Sequence record: NC_055709.1
Source of the DNA: Escherichia phage phiE142
Strand: one strand, 5' to 3'
DNA length: 64,000 bases
Position numbers and translations under genes: made by a program. Of this stretch, positions 29,553 to 39,248 are shown in pieces (position 1 is the stretch's first letter; each line of letters starts with the position of its first letter). The notes under the pieces were generated by a model that searched no databases, had not been told where the DNA came from, and was given only the letters and a program-made list of their open reading frames with translations.

Positions 29553-29812
29553 TTAAAATATTCTCGCAGTTGGTCAAATCCACCAATATGACTTCCATCA
29601 GGAGCAAATATCTGTGGCATAGTCAATCCGACTTGTGATTCACGTCCAAGCTTAACCAGAAGCTCAGCAATTTTCTCATCATCGAACACACCTTTTTCTG
29701 GCATAACATTAATGAATTCGAATGGTTGTTTTTTAACAGTCAGCAATCGTTTCGCATTATCACAATAAATGCATTTATGAATAGTAGAGTCATACCCGTA
29801 CACTTTAAACAT
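29549..29812 (-). CDS. nrdC: NrdC thioredoxin/glutaredoxin
   Basis: MFKVYGYDSTIHKCIYCDNAKRLL as in T4 NrdC; start trimmed to M6. Confidence 0.85.
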   Translation of the reverse strand: MFKVYGYDSTIHKCIYCDNAKRLLTVKKQPFEFINVMPEKGVFDDEKIAELLVKLGRESQVGLTMPQIFAPDGSHIGGFDQLREYFK

Positions 29813-30218
29813 TATTTTTCCTTTCATCGATTAAATATGCAATGCCAAATACAATACATGTAATAAAACCTGTGATACAGATAGAAACCAACAACACTGT
29901 ACCAAAGAACCAAATCAAGTTATCTTTAGTAGTTTGTTTGATATCCATCTCACGAATTTCTATAGCTATCGTATCACCTTTATTCAGAAGCGTATAAAAC
30001 GACGGTGATACACGCCTGTCAAAAACTCGTCCTTGCTCATCTTTATAGACTGCAATAAATTCTAATTTAGAATATTTTCCTGTAGATTGGCCTGAGATTA
30101 ATTCCACTACCTCCACAGGAATTACTTTAGTTTCCATGTAAGTATTCTGGCTGTTCCAAATGAATGGAATAATAGCAAAAACTAAAGCTGCGATAAAACA
30201 ACGAAGGCTATATCTCAT
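29805..30218 (-). CDS. membrane protein, 137 aa
   Basis: N- and C-terminal TM helices; ATG verified. Confidence 0.45.
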   Translation of the reverse strand: MRYSLRCFIAALVFAIIPFIWNSQNTYMETKVIPVEVVELISGQSTGKYSKLEFIAVYKDEQGRVFDRRVSPSFYTLLNKGDTIAIEIREMDIKQTTKDNLIWFFGTVLLVSICITGFITCIVFGIAYLIDERKNNV

Positions 30219-30523
30219 TATAATGTTCTCTCAAATTTGTGGAAGCATTTACGGCATTTCAATTTCAAGTTATCAGTGGTCCAGTTAACCAGTTGGACTT
30301 GGATAGTTCCACATTCCGGACATGGATGTTTTGCTGCCGATTTGGCAGCATTTTCACGTCGTTCAACCATTTTCATGATTTCGTTCCATGCCGGAGGAAC
30401 GAACTCTTCTTCATCGTGGATATTATCTCGCTGAACAAATTCAATCTTTGAACTATCATCAATAAACTTAACCAAGCTGTTATTAGTGCTCATATCAATA
30501 TCCTCTAAAAGACGTAGGTTCAT
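30218..30523 (-). CDS. zinc-ribbon protein, 101 aa
   Basis: CPEC...CRKC pairs; ATG verified. Confidence 0.45.
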   Translation of the reverse strand: MNLRLLEDIDMSTNNSLVKFIDDSSKIEFVQRDNIHDEEEFVPPAWNEIMKMVERRENAAKSAAKHPCPECGTIQVQLVNWTTDNLKLKCRKCFHKFERTL

Positions 30524-31473
30524 TATAACACCTCAATGGCATTTCGTAAACCATCCGCTTTCGCATTCAGAGCTTTTAACGATTTAGTTTGTTCTGCAAT
30601 CTGGGCTTCGACTTCTTTCAGACGAGATTTGAGATATTCGCGTTCTTCTCTTAAGTTATCAACTTTTTCTGCTTTAGGTTCTTTAATAGGCTTAGGCTTA
30701 TACTCGTTAGGGTTCTTCAACTTAATTTGAATGCGAGAACTGTATAACATTGAACCATTATCTTCGGTTTCATCATACATTTCTACCACGTCCATGATTC
30801 TTAACATCATGCGAAGTTTATAAGACAGCGAACGAATGGTTTTGTTGCGCTTATTAATTTCTTCGGCTTTCATAGTACCGAGATTACGTGAGTAATAATA
30901 AGGAACCTGGATATCAATTGATAACGACGCGGTGCCATTACCGGTTGGTTTGAATACTGCAGTAACCCAATCTTTAACATGAACTTTATTTGTACGATCA
31001 TCACCGCCTGTGAATAATTTACGTGAATGTTTAAAAAGCATATTCACTTGGTTATTGAATTCACAAGCAAATTTATCAGCAAATTTAGTTTCAGGAATGG
31101 TAGATAACCAATCAGCCAAATGAGTCTTTTTAACATCATTAACAATAGTGAATTCAACCAAATCTGTTTTAGATGTCACAGATTTAATAAAGCTCGGTTT
31201 CATAAAGTTTTTAATGTTATCGCGAGCTACAGTAGAAGATAATAAACGAGAACGTTTAAACCATTGAAGCAGCGTCCCTAATGAATGAGAATACGCATTT
31301 TGAGTATCTTTACAGATATGATTTTCTTGGCCTGTGTATGTACCAAAATCGCGAAGAATACCACTTACTACATCTCGGTGTGGAACATCAAATCCTAGTG
31401 CGCCAACAGCGCGCTGGGCGTGAACGTTAGCGATAAGTCCTGCAAAGTAATCAATGTAATGTGAACGTGTCAT
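30523..31473 (-). CDS. hypothetical 316-aa protein with C-terminal coiled coil
   Basis: ATG verified; own PeSL promoter. Confidence 0.5.
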   Translation of the reverse strand: MTRSHYIDYFAGLIANVHAQRAVGALGFDVPHRDVVSGILRDFGTYTGQENHICKDTQNAYSHSLGTLLQWFKRSRLLSSTVARDNIKNFMKPSFIKSVTSKTDLVEFTIVNDVKKTHLADWLSTIPETKFADKFACEFNNQVNMLFKHSRKLFTGGDDRTNKVHVKDWVTAVFKPTGNGTASLSIDIQVPYYYSRNLGTMKAEEINKRNKTIRSLSYKLRMMLRIMDVVEMYDETEDNGSMLYSSRIQIKLKNPNEYKPKPIKEPKAEKVDNLREEREYLKSRLKEVEAQIAEQTKSLKALNAKADGLRNAIEVL

Positions 31474-31501
31474 AATATTTTCCTCTCGTTAAGATAGATT
31501 C

Positions 31502-31531
31502 ATTATACTCCAACCATCCTTGGTTGTAAAC
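31502..31531 (-). promoter_or_regulatory. PeSL cassette: GTTTAC, stem-loop CAACCA-TCCT-TGGTTG, TATAAT
   Basis: 27-bp core identical to copy at 32522. Confidence 0.6.
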
Positions 31532-31535
31532 TATT

Positions 31536-32495
31536 TTATGATTTTAATGCATTCATTGCGTTAAAAAGTTTAGAATACTGCAACTGGAGATTCGTTACAA
31601 CACTTTGAGCATCACGAAGCTTAGCTTGTGCTTTGTCAAGTTCAACAGACAGTTGGTCTACAGTAGCCTTGATTTGATTGTAATGGTAATCTTCGGCCGG
31701 AATAAGGTCATTAGAAACATTTAGTTTTACTGCAGACAGTTTGCACACATTTGGCAAACCTTTAAACATTGATTTACCCGAAGTAGAATAAGCACTTAGG
31801 ACTTCGGCCTGTTCAATTGGGGTCCCAGTAAGCGATGCTTCAAACAATGCATTTTCTTTTTTAAGATTTTGATAGTATTCAGAGTCTTTGTGCCACCATG
31901 GCGCAGGAACCTTTTTACCAATAGATACACGAGCCTGGATAGCGATATGGCCCTTATTCTTGATAGGGTCGATAATATTAAGCTCACGAGAATAAATTGC
32001 TTTAATCTGGTGAATATTATCACCTAACACTTCCAACGCTTGGTGGAATACACGAGCAACGTTATCATTCTTAGGTTTATACGTAAGAGTGAACTCGTTC
32101 TCACTGATAACCATGATTTCTAACTTATCATAAGTATATTTCAAATGTTTCATGTTAATTGCTTGAGGACGAATACGAGAAGCAATGGCCATCAGATTGT
32201 TAAGGTTATTCCGGAACTGCTTAGCGAAATATTGTCCTTCACCGCCAATACAAAAATTACGAAGTTTCTGTTTGGCTAATAAACGGCTGAACTCGCCATT
32301 TTTAATGAACTCTTTAACTGGTGTGTTAGTAACGCATTCAAATTGAGTAAACTTACGAGAAGTAATCCCATAATATGAACAGACTTCCTCAATCTCTTCA
32401 GGAGTCTTTACAGGCATACGGATAGGATTAGGTCCTGGAGTATATGCGTTCGAGGTAAATTCTTTGATAAGTTCTTTACGTGTAATAAAAGCCAT
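31536..32495 (-). CDS. hypothetical 319-aa protein with C-terminal coiled coil
   Basis: ATG verified; own PeSL promoter. Confidence 0.5.
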   Translation of the reverse strand: MAFITRKELIKEFTSNAYTPGPNPIRMPVKTPEEIEEVCSYYGITSRKFTQFECVTNTPVKEFIKNGEFSRLLAKQKLRNFCIGGEGQYFAKQFRNNLNNLMAIASRIRPQAINMKHLKYTYDKLEIMVISENEFTLTYKPKNDNVARVFHQALEVLGDNIHQIKAIYSRELNIIDPIKNKGHIAIQARVSIGKKVPAPWWHKDSEYYQNLKKENALFEASLTGTPIEQAEVLSAYSTSGKSMFKGLPNVCKLSAVKLNVSNDLIPAEDYHYNQIKATVDQLSVELDKAQAKLRDAQSVVTNLQLQYSKLFNAMNALKS

Positions 32496-32521
32496 TTTAT
32501 ATTCCTCATGTTGAAAAATTT

Positions 32522-32551
32522 ATTATACTCCAACCATCCTTGGTTGTACAT
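32522..32551 (-). promoter_or_regulatory. PeSL cassette, near-identical copy of 31502-31531
   Basis: ATTATACTCCAACCATCCTTGGTTGTA repeated. Confidence 0.55.
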
Positions 32552-33546
32552 CATTCCTTAAGAAGTTTTACTACTTGAATAAGATTAGCTCGTTCTGTTT
32601 TATTTTTACCATTTAAGCCTGCTAATCGTGAGATTTCATCGTCAGTCTGTTGAATAGTTACATTAAGTTCGTTAATCAAAGCTTCAAAGTATTTGATTTG
32701 CTCAGCATGTTTTGATTCAAATTTCTGAACAGGAATAACGTCTTGGTTCAGTTCATCAATAAGGTCTTTAAGAGCATCTTCTTGGTTGATATCATATTCA
32801 ACTTCTTTTATTTCTTCAACGAGCTCGTCTTTATATCTAACGTCTTTTAGTCCTGGTGCTGGTCCTGAAATCTCTTCTTTAAGAGTACAAACATATCCAA
32901 TACGGTATCCAGTTCCGTCTCGCTTGATATCAACTTCGTCGATAAATCCACAATGTTTAAGCCCGGAGCCGATTATGTCAAAATATCCTTGACGTCGTCC
33001 TTCAAACGTTACACGAACTACTAAGACAGTTTTACCTGCAACCTTTTGAAGCTCACATTTATAAAAGTCAGTTGAACCTGAATAACGTGGATGAGTTTTA
33101 AAGTTCATCTGACGATCTAGGCCCATTTGTAAGCGTGCTGTTACGGCCATAAAACGTGTTTGGTTCTCGTTAAGATGAGCAACAATCCATTTCAAAGGCA
33201 TTTTACACTGTTCACGGCCGAACAAATCAGTACGTCCTAGATTACGCAGGATGTTGTTAGAGTTAATCATCGACAGAACGTTAAGTTTATTCAGCGCGCT
33301 GAAGATTCCATCAGCCATTGATTTTCCATAACCTTTACACGCTTTAATAAGTGCTCGCGGCAGATTAGTATAGATTTCAGACGGCATATGAAAATCAAAT
33401 TTACTAGTCAGTAATTGATGAACTTGGATAGCAATTTGTTCATAATTAAGTGCCCTGCGATCATTATGGTCTTTAAACCATACTTTAATCTGTGAAGCAC
33501 ATAAACCGTTAATTTCATGTTTTACCGCATCAGATGTAATGCTCAT
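32551..33546 (-). CDS. hypothetical 331-aa protein with C-terminal coiled coil
   Basis: ATG verified. Confidence 0.5.
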   Translation of the reverse strand: MSITSDAVKHEINGLCASQIKVWFKDHNDRRALNYEQIAIQVHQLLTSKFDFHMPSEIYTNLPRALIKACKGYGKSMADGIFSALNKLNVLSMINSNNILRNLGRTDLFGREQCKMPLKWIVAHLNENQTRFMAVTARLQMGLDRQMNFKTHPRYSGSTDFYKCELQKVAGKTVLVVRVTFEGRRQGYFDIIGSGLKHCGFIDEVDIKRDGTGYRIGYVCTLKEEISGPAPGLKDVRYKDELVEEIKEVEYDINQEDALKDLIDELNQDVIPVQKFESKHAEQIKYFEALINELNVTIQQTDDEISRLAGLNGKNKTERANLIQVVKLLKE

Positions 33547-33608
33547 AACTATTTCCTCAGATTGAATTGGAACTCAAAACCATTATAACCCGTCCTTGGG
33601 TAAAGCGT

Positions 33609-34136
33609 TTATGCGTGAACCGTCTTTAAACGTTCTTCAAATTTCCGAAGAGTACTAATACGTTCTGCTTTCTGTTTTGTATAGTTTGCAATACGTTCTG
33701 AAGTGAGAGCGTATCGTTCGTTTACTGATTCTTTCATGAAGTCAGGGATTTCACGAGAAGCTTTAATTTCATCAAACTTATCGAGTACTGCCTGGTCTTC
33801 AGCAATTAAATTTTCGTACATCTCGATATCTTTCTTGATGAAGTCGATATCTTCCTGGGTTACTTTGGATAAACGAGATGCTTTATCCTTTTTGTACTGT
33901 TCGTTAGTTTCACGAGACCAGAATAATGTACGTTTTTTGTTAGTGTTTTTATAGACTTCCACAATTCCAACTGAATCGATGATAACAATCCAATTCCAGC
34001 GAGATTTGAAAATCTGACCTCCGTCCACGGTAATCTCGTTACCATAAGCAACGTCATTAAAGAACTTGCTTTGTGCTTCAGATTTAAATTTACCGTCGTT
34101 ATAATTTACCAGGTTGAAAATATCTTTAGCGTTCAT
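33609..34136 (-). CDS. hypothetical protein, 175 aa
   Basis: ATG verified; PeSL upstream. Confidence 0.45.
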   Translation of the reverse strand: MNAKDIFNLVNYNDGKFKSEAQSKFFNDVAYGNEITVDGGQIFKSRWNWIVIIDSVGIVEVYKNTNKKRTLFWSRETNEQYKKDKASRLSKVTQEDIDFIKKDIEMYENLIAEDQAVLDKFDEIKASREIPDFMKESVNERYALTSERIANYTKQKAERISTLRKFEERLKTVHA

Positions 34137-34149
34137 GTTTTACCTCCAG

Positions 34150-34192
34150 TAGTTGATAGGTCTATAATAACATAACCATAGACCTTGTAAAC
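34150..34192 (-). promoter_or_regulatory. PeSL cassette (GTTTAC, AGGTCTAT/ATAGACCT inverted repeat around TATTAT -10)
   Basis: upstream of 33609-34136. Confidence 0.55.
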
Positions 34193-34194
34193 AA

Positions 34195-34470
34195 CTAAAA
34201 GAAACTTTTTTCGGTATTTTTTCCACTGAACCAAACAGACTTCGGGATTTTTTGTAATTTTTCAGATTTAAGTTTCTCTTCCTGTTCTTTCTTATATACA
34301 CTCTTGTCGTACTGGAGCATCTCTATGGCATTCTTTTGCAAACGATCTAAGGTAATTAAGGCTTTAGTTTTTCCTTTCAAGGAAGAGTCCTGGCGAACCT
34401 CCTCGCTATATTGTTCTGTTGCACTAATCATACGATGGGCATATAATTCACGACTGGCTTGGATATTCAT
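34195..34470 (-). CDS. hypothetical protein, 91 aa
   Basis: track ORF, ATG verified. Confidence 0.35.
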   Translation of the reverse strand: MNIQASRELYAHRMISATEQYSEEVRQDSSLKGKTKALITLDRLQKNAIEMLQYDKSVYKKEQEEKLKSEKLQKIPKSVWFSGKNTEKSFF

Positions 34471-34477
34471 AATTTCC

Positions 34478-35458
34478 TCATTTCAGTAAAGTAACTTCCG
34501 AGATTTCCTCCCAACCATCTTTATCGGTTGAAATAAAATCTGCTACATAAAGAGCCGTACGTAATGATACATTGCGAAGACGAGATACGTTAGCCTTCAT
34601 CCAGGACAATGCTTTGTACGTTTCAGCATCAGTCAAGCCACGTTTCTGCATCATGTCAGTAGATAATATTACATCTTCAACTCGAACCATAATCTCTTCA
34701 TTAGAGTGTACTCCAAGGTCGAGATACACTGAACGAGATACTAAAGCTTGAAGGTGCGGAGCAAGTTTCGAACCGCGTTCTAACTCTTTATCAATATCAA
34801 CGTTTGTAATGAAAACGATAGTACCTTCAAACTCAAATTCTTTATCAATACCCTTATCATCAAGATAAGATGACGCAGTGCTCCAGCAAACTTTGCGTTT
34901 ATCGCCAGTATCTAATGCGGCTTTAAGAAGGTTCAAGATGTCCATATCCGAGAATACGTCAACGTCGTCGATTAAGAGAACGCTGTCTGCATCACGGTTG
35001 AGCCAAAGTTGTTCGTAAAGGCCAATACCTGAGATTTTACCATTAATGCTTTTGTATTTGATGAAACCATTATCATTAGCATTATTAAGCGCTTTATCCA
35101 GAGAATACGTCTTACCAATACCTGCTGCACCTGAAATAATGAGTGAACGAATTTTGCCATCGATAATGCCATTCGTCATCATGTTCATTACTTTAAAGCG
35201 TTTGTTGATACGAGTTTTCATATCTTCCGCGTTTTCAACAACTGCAACTGGTGATGTCTCAACTCCTTCCATTACGATGTCTGATTTGAAGACCCATACT
35301 CCACGTTCAGAACCATCAATCATAACGAAAATTTTACCGTCACCTAAGTGGGAACATTCAGGATTAAGCTTTGCCGGGAACCATGTCTTTGTGGCAACAT
35401 AAGAACCAGAGATTTCGTTATTACGATAGATACCTTTTTTGATTTGAACGTTGAACAT
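34478..35458 (-). CDS. AAA+ ATPase
   Basis: Walker A GAAGIGKTY, Walker B LLIDDVD; TTG extension trimmed to ATG with GGAGA SD. Confidence 0.65.
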   Translation of the reverse strand: MFNVQIKKGIYRNNEISGSYVATKTWFPAKLNPECSHLGDGKIFVMIDGSERGVWVFKSDIVMEGVETSPVAVVENAEDMKTRINKRFKVMNMMTNGIIDGKIRSLIISGAAGIGKTYSLDKALNNANDNGFIKYKSINGKISGIGLYEQLWLNRDADSVLLIDDVDVFSDMDILNLLKAALDTGDKRKVCWSTASSYLDDKGIDKEFEFEGTIVFITNVDIDKELERGSKLAPHLQALVSRSVYLDLGVHSNEEIMVRVEDVILSTDMMQKRGLTDAETYKALSWMKANVSRLRNVSLRTALYVADFISTDKDGWEEISEVTLLK

Positions 35459-35489
35459 TTTATTCTCCAAATTTACTCATTTCGTTTCG

Positions 35490-35526
35490 ATAGGTCTATA
35501 ATAACATGTTTAAAGCAAAAGTAAAC
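35490..35526 (-). promoter_or_regulatory. early promoter (GTTTAC, 17-nt spacer, TATTAT)
   Basis: upstream of AAA+ ATPase gene. Confidence 0.5.
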
Positions 35527-35528
35527 AA

Positions 35529-35747
35529 TTATTTGCGATGAGATTTTTTGGTAAGAGGTTGAAAGAACACTGCTTTACCAGCAGGAGTCAAAGTGACTCG
35601 TAATGCATTACCGATTCCCAAGGATGCTTTAACCAGACCTTTAGATTTCAGTTCACCGAATGCTTGTCGTTGGTCTGCATCACGAGTGTTAACCATAAGT
35701 CCTTTATCACCAGCTTCACGAATCATTTCTAACATTTTGGTTTTCAT
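35529..35747 (-). CDS. hypothetical small basic protein, 72 aa
   Basis: track ORF, ATG verified. Confidence 0.35.
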   Translation of the reverse strand: MKTKMLEMIREAGDKGLMVNTRDADQRQAFGELKSKGLVKASLGIGNALRVTLTPAGKAVFFQPLTKKSHRK

Positions 35748-35769
35748 TTTGTTTTCTCCTCTTGTTTTG

Positions 35770-35806
35770 ATAGGTCTATAATAACATATCCTAAAAGCAT
35801 GTACAC
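35770..35806 (-). promoter_or_regulatory. early promoter variant (GTGTAC -35, TATTAT -10)
   Basis: same GATAGGTCTATAATAACAT core as other cassettes. Confidence 0.4.
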
Positions 35807-35853
35807 TACTTTTTAAAAATATTTTGACCCCCTAAAGGGCCCGAAGGCCCTTA

Positions 35854-36840
35854 TCATTTATAGTATGAATTGTGATTTTCTAAGTAGACTTGCTCAAGGA
35901 AGTCATCCCAGAAACTCATATCTACTTTTTGCTGCATACCGTTCTTAGCAGCTTGTTCTGCCGCATGTTCAACTTGGTCAACGATATCTTCTAAGAATTC
36001 TTGTACGGTTTTAAACGTATGTTTACCAAGCTTAACATCGAGAATAAATGGAGCATCCTGAAGCGGGTAAACCAGGTCGCCGGTTTTGTAAATTTCTAAG
36101 AGCTGAAGTCCACCACGGCACGCGTGACTCAATGCTTTCCAATCAATACCTTCATTGGCTTCTGCCTTACGAGCACGTTCACCGTAGTTCTCTTCAAGTT
36201 TAACCAGGATGGCATTGAACTCTTTGTTAGTTAACGTATCTTGGAATTTACGGTCTAACAGACTATAGAATGTTTGCTTACCTGTTTTCTCGTTTTCAGT
36301 TTCAACCCATGAAGCAAATTCACTTACAGGCAGAACATTCTTCATATGTGATAAACGAATTACTGCACCATTATCAAAGTATTGTCCCCATTCATTAGAA
36401 CGTTTAAGGGCTTGACGAAGAACAGCCAGTCGAGAACCCTTGACGCCATATTTAGAAGCTTGCTTACGGACATACCCTAAATAAGATTTCATGTTAGTGG
36501 TATAGAAACGAGACCTGTTGTCTTGAATATACTTCCATACATCAGGCAAATCAGATTTAACTACTAGACTTTGTGGAGTGTGAAGCATATCTAATGCGAC
36601 GGTTTCACCGTCTGCAGCTAGTTTAAAGAAATATTTGAGACTATACAACTCATGATCCACGTCGTCTTTTGTGTTCTTAGAAGCAGTGTTATTCGTGTTC
36701 TTGCTCATGTGTTCTTTAACGTTACCGGTCAAGATATCACGAGCATGAGGGACATAAATTTCTTTAAAATCGACGTCAGATTCAGGAGTAGACGTTCCAT
36801 AAAGGTGGCTACCAAAGTAAGCCTTAACAATCGTTTTCAT
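35854..36840 (-). CDS. Pol-beta superfamily nucleotidyltransferase
   Basis: N-terminal YFGSHLYGTSTPESDVDF (G-S...D-x-D) motif; 328 aa. Confidence 0.6.
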   Translation of the reverse strand: MKTIVKAYFGSHLYGTSTPESDVDFKEIYVPHARDILTGNVKEHMSKNTNNTASKNTKDDVDHELYSLKYFFKLAADGETVALDMLHTPQSLVVKSDLPDVWKYIQDNRSRFYTTNMKSYLGYVRKQASKYGVKGSRLAVLRQALKRSNEWGQYFDNGAVIRLSHMKNVLPVSEFASWVETENEKTGKQTFYSLLDRKFQDTLTNKEFNAILVKLEENYGERARKAEANEGIDWKALSHACRGGLQLLEIYKTGDLVYPLQDAPFILDVKLGKHTFKTVQEFLEDIVDQVEHAAEQAAKNGMQQKVDMSFWDDFLEQVYLENHNSYYK

Positions 36841-37313
36841 TATTTAGCCTTATATTCAAGAGTAGGACAGACTTTTTCTTTACGAGCTTTAAGGTATTCA
36901 CCTATTAATGATTTCTTACGTTCAATAGGCTCAAGTCCATTTTTAATTCGTTCTTGGTTTTGTGCAATGAGCTCAACTTCTTTATAATACTTCCGCTCTC
37001 TGTATAAGTCGATTAGCCACGGTATGCCTAATACTAAAACTATAGAAATACCAACACATAATGCAATGAATAAAACACCTACACCAATTGAGGCCGGAAC
37101 CAATGTCCATAAACTACTAAAGACAAAGAATTTAGTTAAAATTTCCTGGCCAATGATTGTGACTGCTGCTAAAATCGCAAATCCAATAATTGAAGCAGCC
37201 AATACCGGGATTAACGTTTTCCAAAAATAAGCACACAACGTTTTCGGACGATTCCATGTACTATTGAACGCGGCATAAATTTTAAAGTGCCAAGAGTTTT
37301 CATTGATAATCAT
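36840..37313 (-). CDS. membrane protein, 157 aa
   Basis: multiple TM helices. Confidence 0.45.
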   Translation of the reverse strand: MIINENSWHFKIYAAFNSTWNRPKTLCAYFWKTLIPVLAASIIGFAILAAVTIIGQEILTKFFVFSSLWTLVPASIGVGVLFIALCVGISIVLVLGIPWLIDLYRERKYYKEVELIAQNQERIKNGLEPIERKKSLIGEYLKARKEKVCPTLEYKAK

Positions 37314-37322
37314 AATAATTCC

Positions 37323-37853
37323 TTATTTCAAAGTTGGGATAATGGAATCGAGATAAGCTTTAAGAGCTACAGCTTCGTCTTTGGTAAATGTAGTAACATG
37401 TGAACGTAAATCATCATTTTGGCGAATAGTTACTACATCACCATCTTCATAAGAATTCATGACAGCCAAAGTCGTGGTATAGTTTGGAGCTATTGGATTA
37501 ATAATGTAAGCACCACGACTGATACCCCATTTAAGTTTAGCCTTTTCAGGTGGTTCGGATTCCAAGAATTCTTTCACCTTAGCAACGAATGTTTTCCAGT
37601 TATCGATAGAAAGGCATTTGTCTTCAGTTTCGATATTAGCACCGTTATAAAGCCCATGATAAAAACGAGCCTGAAGGTCTCCACCAATATTAATTGCCGA
37701 TGCATGACCAGGCGGATTGAGTTTCAAAATCTCGTCTAGTTCCATAGGACAAATAGTAATACCATCATCTTCCTGAGTCAGAACGTATACATTACCACGT
37801 TTTTCGATAGTCAAATCACCGAACAGTTCGGTTGTTTCAATTACAGTTTTCAT
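37323..37853 (-). CDS. hypothetical protein
   Basis: TTG extension trimmed to ATG. Confidence 0.45.
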   Translation of the reverse strand: MKTVIETTELFGDLTIEKRGNVYVLTQEDDGITICPMELDEILKLNPPGHASAINIGGDLQARFYHGLYNGANIETEDKCLSIDNWKTFVAKVKEFLESEPPEKAKLKWGISRGAYIINPIAPNYTTTLAVMNSYEDGDVVTIRQNDDLRSHVTTFTKDEAVALKAYLDSIIPTLK

Positions 37854-38161
37854 ATTATTCACCAATTAAAGTTTCAACAAAATTCACCAAATCATTCTGA
37901 CGAGCATCAACTTGTTTTTCATAAAAGTCTCCATAGTCATTTACTGCATGATAAGCTACATCATTTAAATCTGAATCAGCTTCACGTAAGTCATGGATAA
38001 GGTCCATCAATTTATTAGCTTGTTCGCGTGTCATTTTACCATACTCGCTTCAATAAGATTCACTATGCCGTTTACCATGTTATAAGTAAACATCGGATAA
38101 TTGTATTGTACTACAACATAAGCGATAAGCAAAAGTTTCATTTTGTTCTCCGTTCGTTTTG

Positions 38162-38199
38162 GTAGGACTACTATAACATAATCCTACCAAGATGTAAAC
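38162..38199 (-). promoter_or_regulatory. PeSL cassette (GTTTAC; TAGGACTA/TAGGATTA imperfect inverted repeat around -10)
   Basis: member of AGGACTACTATAACATAGTCCT family. Confidence 0.5.
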
Positions 38200-38432
38200 T
38201 ACCGATTGTGTTTTAAATGTTGATAAAGTTCTTCAACTTGTTTAGGGTCCAAAACAATTAGGTCATTTTCTTGACGAAGATAAATCCATCCCTTATCCCC
38301 AGGTCCATTTTTACAAAACATCACCACCGTATCATCATCTTCAGCGCTTTCAGGTAAAAGTTCAAGTACACCGTCTTCAGATTTTCCAGTATAATCGTAA
38401 AGCATAATATCCTCACATAATCTCGTTAACAT
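38199..38432 (-). CDS. hypothetical protein, 77 aa
   Basis: track ORF, ATG verified. Confidence 0.35.
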   Translation of the reverse strand: MLTRLCEDIMLYDYTGKSEDGVLELLPESAEDDDTVVMFCKNGPGDKGWIYLRQENDLIVLDPKQVEELYQHLKHNR

Positions 38433-38592
38433 ACATTTGCAATTCGGTGTGGGCTTCGGCCATCTTTTTCATAGCTCTGTTAATGTCGATGTCTCCATCT
38501 TCGCAACCATGAGCATTTTCCCAATCAGATACCGCATTAGCGTACTCTTCAATCAAAAACATCAACTTAGAAATCTTTTCTTTACGTGTCAT
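38413..38592 (-). CDS. hypothetical protein, 59 aa
   Basis: internal ATG with AGAGGAGA SD; track N-extension overlaps promoter cassette. Confidence 0.3.
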   Translation of the reverse strand: MTRKEKISKLMFLIEEYANAVSDWENAHGCEDGDIDINRAMKKMAEAHTELQMYVNEIM

Positions 38593-38599
38593 AGCGTTC

Positions 38600-38648
38600 T
38601 CCTCTAGTAAGTAAGGTTTACTATAACACAACCTGAGGAGAAGTAAAC
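38600..38648 (-). promoter_or_regulatory. PeSL cassette (GTTTAC, CTCCTC/GAGGAG arms)
   Basis: upstream of 38413-38592. Confidence 0.45.
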
Positions 38649-38658
38649 TGATAGATGC

Positions 38659-38687
38659 CAAAAAGCCCCAACCATAAGGAAGGGGCT
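38659..38687 (-). terminator. rho-independent terminator after rI (AGCCCC...GGGGCT hairpin + U-run)
   Basis: GC stem followed by TTTTT on minus strand. Confidence 0.55.
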
Positions 38688-38693
38688 AGTAAA

Positions 38694-38996
38694 TTAGATA
38701 GATGTAGGCTCTAATTTTATTTTCATGAACTCGGCAAATTGTCTGGCAGTTTTTATGCCTTGTTCATGACATTCAAATGCATCATCACAGAGGCTATTTT
38801 TGTAATGCTTTGCCATATACTTATAGAATTTTTCAGAATTCTCAACATTTTGAATTTCGAACAAAGTATATACGTTTTTAATCCCTGATTCCATAAAGTT
38901 ATCAAAGTATGGGTCAACATATGCAGTACCAACGATAGGAGTTGTTGCTGCAAAAAACCCTAGCATCGCCATGACAGCTATCGCTCTTAAGGCCAT
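38694..38996 (-). CDS. rI: rI lysis-inhibition regulator (periplasmic)
   Basis: MALRAIAVMAMLGFF...VDPYFDNFMESGIKNVYTLFE resembles T4 rI; signal peptide. Confidence 0.8.
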   Translation of the reverse strand: MALRAIAVMAMLGFFAATTPIVGTAYVDPYFDNFMESGIKNVYTLFEIQNVENSEKFYKYMAKHYKNSLCDDAFECHEQGIKTARQFAEFMKIKLEPTSI

Positions 38997-39008
38997 ATAG
39001 GCCTCCTG

Positions 39009-39221
39009 TTAATTTTGGCCAGTATTTATTTTTCGCCTTTGGACGGCCTTAACATCTGTGAGGTATTTTTCCAGCTTGCGCTTGCGTGTATAATCAGCTT
39101 TAGAACCAGTTTGACGGATATCCTCGTTTAAATGAGAAATAGAATGTCCTAATTCTCTTCGGATTTCATCCAATTGGGTTACAGTAAGATTACGAAGTTG
39201 TCTTTCGTTTAATTGCTGCAT
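39009..39221 (-). CDS. hypothetical protein, 70 aa
   Basis: track ORF, ATG verified. Confidence 0.4.
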   Translation of the reverse strand: MQQLNERQLRNLTVTQLDEIRRELGHSISHLNEDIRQTGSKADYTRKRKLEKYLTDVKAVQRRKINTGQN

Positions 39222-39248
39222 ATATACCTCTTGGTTAGATATTAGTAT

